A DNA stretch of 64,000 nucleotides, from the NCBI GenBank assembly GCA_010909165.1, contig MU008189.1:1-64000 (forward strand), given 5' to 3'. The translations under genes and the position numbers were made by a program. This DNA is from Anthoceros angustus. Its lineage: Eukaryota; Plantae; Anthocerotophyta. The notes below the pieces were generated by a model, which was not told the DNA's origin, did not search any database, and was given only the letters and a program-made list of their open reading frames with translations. Shown in pieces: positions 57,921 to 64,000 of this stretch; position 1 is the stretch's first letter, and the number at the start of each line of letters is the position of its first letter.

Positions 57921-60900
57921 ATGGCGCCGACGCTGGACTTTTTGGGAGAGTTCCAGCCCAGCGGGTGCAGCAGCGAGGCCTCAGAGCAGCAGAACGAGCC
58001 GTGGAGCTGCGCCGACGATGGAGGAGTGGGCGCCGGGAGCCGAGGATACAAGTACTTCCTGTTCCCGCAGGCGCTGGCGCGGCCGAAAGGGGGTGGTTTG
58101 GAGCATTGGGCCACCGCTGAGGCTGCCTGGAACCACGACGAGGAGATTTTCATTCATGATAAGCAGTGGGTGCTCTGGGTTGCAATTCTGATTTTTTGGA
58201 GCGGAGCTTTTAGCTGGTTATCTGCGCCGCTGGATTGCGTGTGAACTTGATGAGCTGGGCTGGATTTGTTTATGGTGTGGAAAATGTGCGGTGTGCAGAG
58301 TGGCGTGGAGTGCTGGAGGACATGTTCGGAAGCGGTTTACTCTGCAAGCTAAAGTCACTCAGGTGTGCCTTTTGTGACTGCTATAGCCTTTTCGGAAGAA
58401 ATTCGAGGTGCAGTGTGGGAGGGAGGTTTCCTCTAATTACACAGGCTCCACACAATGACGGTGGAATTTCTGTAATATCCAGGTCTTGTGGTGTGCGTTG
58501 GAAAGCATGCAGGAACCAATTCTTTGCATGCTCCACCCTGATTCATTGACAACCTGCTCACCATCAGGTCAGTCTGCTGGGGGTGGATAATGCAGGCTCT
58601 CTATTTTGTGAACGGTCTGGCATCAGGTGACCGCCCAGGATTCTGATCATGTGAGGTCTCGGTGTACAGGCACTCTGAATTCCGTCCCTTTGGAGTTTGC
58701 AACGACTGCCATGTGGGCTCTTCCTTATGGGTTGCTCATCGAAAGAGAACGGAAGCATCACACCACTTTTGGTGATGGACCCGCCAAGCATTCAACTTAT
58801 TCCAGTGCCATCGACTTGTATCGAGATTCTTTCAAAGATATTGCTTCTCCGACACCTGGAATCCATAGTAGAATGCTTCCTGGAGGACACGGGCATCATT
58901 CGGAGTTCAGTAGAAAGTCGACTCATGCTTCGACACCAACTCCTCTGACTTCGATGCTCTATATTCTCCAACATCCCCTAGAAGAGATTCAAGTATGCCT
59001 TTGGAAAAGATCTCTGGTTCCTGCAAGTTTGGGCATTGAATCAATCCCCATCCTATTGAAGTGCTGGGTTTTGGTTACAGTGGCTCATTATCAAACAGCA
59101 TGTTTACATTTGTCCACCTAAGCTCTGTGCACTGGTGAAATTTCGTTCCATTGTGCAGCCAGTGCAGCTTGAAGAGGGTGGGAAGCTCCATTCAGCATCG
59201 TTCTGGGAGGAGCAAGTTGTTTGGTCTAGCAGCACCCTTCCATATTTGGCATGTTACCACAAGGGTAAGTCAATGATAAAGTGTCAACCTATTGTGTTTG
59301 TTTCTCTCACTGCAAGTCTGATGTGCATTTTGGTGACCTGAATACTTGATTCCTGTCATCTACTTAGCTTTCTATCCGACCGTAATGGTTAGATATATAT
59401 CGTATGGATGTTCTATTTTAGCAATGCAGGCACTATGCAGCATTCTGTCTGGCAGCTGAAGGTCATCTCAGGTAAGCTGGGCACATTATCACGAGGTCCA
59501 CCCTCCACACAGTGTCAGCATGTTGTCCTCCAGTGTGTCTGGAGGGAGAAAGGTCCACATCTGAAGGCCGCTGAGGTACTAGCTCTTGACCTATATGTGT
59601 GCAGCCAAACTCCACCGATATCAGTTGTCCACGTTGCTCATTATAGATTTGGTTTTCAATTATCTCTGTAAGGTGTTCGCAGCATCTGATGTGGATGGTG
59701 AAGCAATATTGTGTATGGTATTTAGAGAGCAACGACAGCTTGCCTCACTGAAGCTCTCTGTCAAGCTGCATCAGCAACCCAACATGAATGTGCATGTAGC
59801 ATGGACAATTCCTGCAATTTCAGCTGTGCCGGTTGCTGCCACACGACCTAGGTATGAGCTGTCGAAAGTGATACGCTTGTTTCTCACCACTTGAAAGTTC
59901 GTCCTAACCTGATCATTCAAGGCACACCCACCAGGCGAGGCAATCATAGTATGAGTTTTTCACGCCCTTTAAGGAATCAGTGATAGAAAGCCCTATGACA
60001 ATTATGATTGTGTCATTGCAGCTGTAAAGTAAACCATGCTCCTCAGATGGACATCTTTGTGCTGGCCCCTGATGGAAGCCTCCTCCTTTATGTGAGTGAT
60101 ACTGCACCCATCTCAGTTTGTCGCTATTACATATATCAACAGTGACTTTTTCTTGAGGTTTGCATAGTGCTTTGGGAGTCTTGGAGTCGATGTTACTTGT
60201 TGGTTATGGTTGATTTGCCACCTCATCTATTCCTATTTGTTGGTGATTGTGTAAAGGTTGGCAATTCTCGCATTTGTCAGTTTCACCTGCCGTTAGCTGC
60301 ACTTCCTGGGCTTTCTCAAGCTTCTTCGGGGATTGAAGACCTGGATGTCTCAGTTCCTAGAGCTGGAGGCTCTCATGGCACTCCTCAGTCACAGGCTAAA
60401 CTCCCAGTGATTCGTCTCTGTGATGCCGTATATAATCGTGTGAATTTGCAGTCTTCATCTGGCAAGGTGCACATTGTCCTAGCATTATCCTTTGGATCAC
60501 GAGTGTGGATTTCTGCACCTCCATGAATCTAGATTCTGAATGGAATGTTGACTTTATTGCTTTATGCCTTGCAGAAGTATCGTTGTGCAGTATCTCTGCT
60601 GCCCTCCTCTGCAATTACCTTAACTTGTCTGATTACATTGTCAGAAGCACTTCAACCTGCCGCGTACCATCAGCTCCTCAGTGGCTTCCTTGGGAAGGAA
60701 TCTCTCCCAGATACTTGTGGCACAACAATGGACCGACCTGATGGCTTGCCTGACAATGGCTGGAGGTCTTTTTCTAGTTTCATTCTGGAATGGTCAAGGG
60801 AGCAGCTGAATCTCTCCCCCAGGAAAGGGACATCCGCAGATGCACCTACATCTGCTTGGGATTTTTTACTCAACAGTGACATGCATCGCATAAATGCACT

Positions 60901-63900
60901 GACCATGCGCTATCCTGCTTTGCCTATGCCTATGCCTCATGTGTCATACTCGCTCACAGATACAGCTCCAATCACTGTGGGACCTGACGGGAAGTCCCCT
61001 CTTGTGCCAGTACTGGTGCTTGACGTACTTGAGGCTCTTTCTTGTGTCTATGAAGACTGCAAACTCGACTCCTTACGTTGGAAGTAGGTGCTTTACTCCT
61101 TAGTGAAAAGTGAAGAACGCTAGTAGTAGAACGCCAGATGAAGCCCTTTTTCCTGGTTTCTAGTGTCCAGCAAGTTTGCATGTTTCTTCACTGAGTAGTT
61201 TTGTCGCAATGTCCGTGGTTGGATAAGCTTGTGCCTGCATGCTGAGTGTGCAAACGTTTGTGTTACTCCAGGAACTTATTGCCTCTGGCGACGTTATTGT
61301 GCAAGATGGCAGCCATGATTGGGGAGCTTGACTATGTAGACTACTATAACCGAGACTTTCCCTTAACCATTTCCTCTTTGTCAGAATCTTTCATCCTGCA
61401 ATCCAAAGCAGGGGGCAGATCTCCTTGGAGCGTCTTGCACTGGCTGGAGAGCTGTGTCAAAGGAAGGAAGAGCGAGAAACTGCCCAGCATGCTCCTCAAG
61501 GATGGTGCTACATGTATTGATTGGTCACGAAAGGTGTTGGGCTTCTATGACCTCATGATGGGGGGACAGCTGTGTGGTTCTCACGTCTCATCTGGGTTAC
61601 GCATTGAGATAGCAAAAGGCAGTGCTACCAACTCAGAGCAGCGAACAGTCTTGGCCATGGTTGCGGAGGGATTTGGATTGCCGAATCTTGATCGATTACC
61701 TTCTGGAGTGTCACTCCCACTGCGACATGTATGCTACGGGTGAACCCTTCTTATTACTCTTGAGAATGTTGGTGTAACCCATGCATCGGGGCAATGGTAA
61801 TTTGCTGGAGGAACTAAGTGTTCTCCATGGACTGTACAGGCTCTAGATAGATGTCGAGAAGCTCCTCCGGATGACTGGCCAGCCAATGCGTATATACTTA
61901 TTGGACGAGAGGATCTTTCTGCAACATGTATTGCCCGGCGTTCTGCAGTGTCACGGGATCAAGCACTGTCTCTCAATCTATCATCTAGCATCTCACTGGA
62001 AGAGGATGATGCACTTATGGGTGCTCCATACTTGCTTCATATGCAACCAGTGTCGGTCGACAAGACACCAAGTGATCCCCAGGAGATTGGTAATGCAGAG
62101 CCACAAGCATCGGCAGTTGTAGAGGGCCAGCTCAGCGATGGAATGGAGCACATGTTTTCTGCATCGGCGCTGTTGTTTGGATCAGATCTCCGGCTGAATG
62201 AGGTAATGTAAACTACTGAACGCTAGATTGCTTGGAATCAGGAGTGTCGACTCTGATTGTAGGTTGCATTTCGTATATGGTGCATTGCTGAGAGCAAGGT
62301 ATCTTGCCTCTTTGCAGGTTAGGCGGCTACTTGGTTCGTCAAAGCCCGTAGCTGTCAGCACAGCCCACTCTCCTGATCTGAGTGACCCAGACCTAGTTGC
62401 ACAGCAGCAGGTGAGTCGTGATGCAGGGCCACACTTGCTGGGCTCGGTTAGAGTTTTGCAGACTGATGACCATTATCAACACTTCGGTTTCTCTGGCCTA
62501 GGCACAATTGTGGCAGCTTGCCCAAAGGACAACTGCGCTACCATTTGGTCGGGGCTCATTCACACTTGCCACACTTAGGCTTCTTCTGACAGAGGTGTGT
62601 GCATATGCTTGCCAATGAACTGCTGAATGATGTCTGTGTTTGTTCGGCATTATAGTGCTTGTTTTGTGCAGGCGCTGCCAATACCTAAGCTTGTGTTAGC
62701 CGGAAGGCTTCCATCACAGCACGATGCAACTGTGAGTGCTGACACACAAGATTGCTTATGTTGTGAGATCAGCTTTTGGTTGCAGGGACTTGTGAACTGA
62801 CACTGCTTTGCCTGTGGCAGGTGAATCTAGACAGCAGTACAGGAAATTTACAGGATCTGACGTCTTGGCCTGAATTTCACAATGGCGTAGCTGCTGGCCT
62901 AAGGGTTGCTCCTTGTCAGGTCGATCTCTCATATCATAGCTGTCTGTAAATGCAACCAGACACTGCAGTCTGTCTTCTGGGTTCCCCTTCCGTGGCTCAT
63001 GGGTTTTTTGGTGTTTAGGCAAAGATCACTCGTGCATGGATATTATACAACAAACCAGACGAGTTCACTCATGCCCATGCTGGTGTCTTAATGGCCTTGG
63101 GTTTGCATAAACATCTAGGAGTTCTGGATGCGACAGATGTGTACCGCTACTTGTCAGAGGTGCTTCCCTTCTTCAGTGGTATGCTTGTATTGTGGAGATC
63201 CAACAACCACTTGATCACGGAGACTGTCTTTGTGGGTTGAGGATTGTTTGCACAACGTTTTCGTGGACTATGGCACAGGAACATGAGGCTACAACTGTGG
63301 GTTTACTTTTAGGAATGGCCTCTGCACATCGAGGCACAATGGACCCTGCAATATCCAAGGTAGCGTTTCACCTCTGTCTGACTTGGTATTTACTGTAACG
63401 TTTTGGTTGCCTTTTGGCATTCTCTGGCACTTTGAAGGGCAGGGACGTGCTGTGCTGGTGTAGTTTAATTATGCTCAGTTCTGATTGTAGATGCTGTACC
63501 TCCACATTCCTGCCCGTCATCCGCCATCCTTTCCAGAGCTGGAGCTGCCTACTCTGATGCAGGTGTGACAGAACTGGCTCATCGTCCATTTTTGTTGTCT
63601 GGAATGTTGATGTTGCCTCAAGCCAAAGCATAACTAGTAATTAGCTTTCTGGCATCACAAGCGAAGAAAGGGTCGATGAGTTCATGCTTATGTACTTGTT
63701 GCTGTGTAGCTACTTCGTGGTTGCTGCATACACTGCAGCTGGTCTACTTTTCTCCAGAGATGCAAAACATACTAGCATTAGACGTCATGAAAAGATGGTT
63801 ATTGGCGTTAGTGTTCAAAGATCACTATGAGGCTTCAATCAGCACTAATTCTGTGCATTTTCCAATGTTTATTTCAGTCAGCAGCCCTCATGGCAGTTGG

Positions 63901-64000
63901 TCTGTTGTATCAAGGATCTGCCCATCGTCTAACGACAGAGATTCTTCTAGTAAGTCTACTCTCTTTCAATTTCAAGCGTTGCATTTATTTTCTCAGTTTG
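57921..64000 (+). CDS. APC1: Anaphase-promoting complex subunit 1, many exons, 3'-truncated by the window end
   Basis: MAPTLDFLGEFQP..YKYFLF..DEEIFIH; HVRKRFTL; MWALPYGLLI; LQHPLEE; YVDYYNRDFP; DRLPSGVSLPLRH|ALDRCRE; DLRLNE|VRRLL; WPEFHNGVAAGL; HAGVLMALGL; MLYLHIPARHPPSFPELELP; GT-AG introns. Confidence 0.93.

Overview
Eukaryotic nuclear DNA from a non-seed land plant. Short introns (mostly about 80-170 bp), dense genes and PLS-type PPRs suggest a hornwort- or lycophyte-like genome; this is inference. The window has two halves. (1) 1-~28.1 kb is a transposon nest. It holds a degenerate Ty1/copia element with both LTRs and a 5-bp TSD; a TIR DNA-transposon family with AACATGATAATTTT(T)GAAGGGG ends and 4-bp TSDs (Sola-like), present as one 2.3-kb copy and one 6.3-kb composite; and a 4.5-kb TG...CA element with a 5-bp TSD but no paired LTRs. 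The last two interrupt a MULE/SWIM transposase pseudogene whose protein sequence rejoins across both insertions. Head-to-head with that transposase, across a 57-bp palindrome, is an SRA(YDG)-only pseudogene followed by an inverted copy of part of itself. (2) 29.3-64 kb is gene-dense: spatacsin/SPG11 (9-kb uninterrupted ORF), ureide permease, an E+ PPR plus a PPR remnant, USP39, an NAD-IDH regulatory subunit, cytosolic G6PD, a FIP1/TMEM192-like gene and APC1 (runs off the right edge). SPG11, G6PD and FIP1-like lack internal coding introns while their neighbours are spliced. All alignments were done by eye and no database searches were run.
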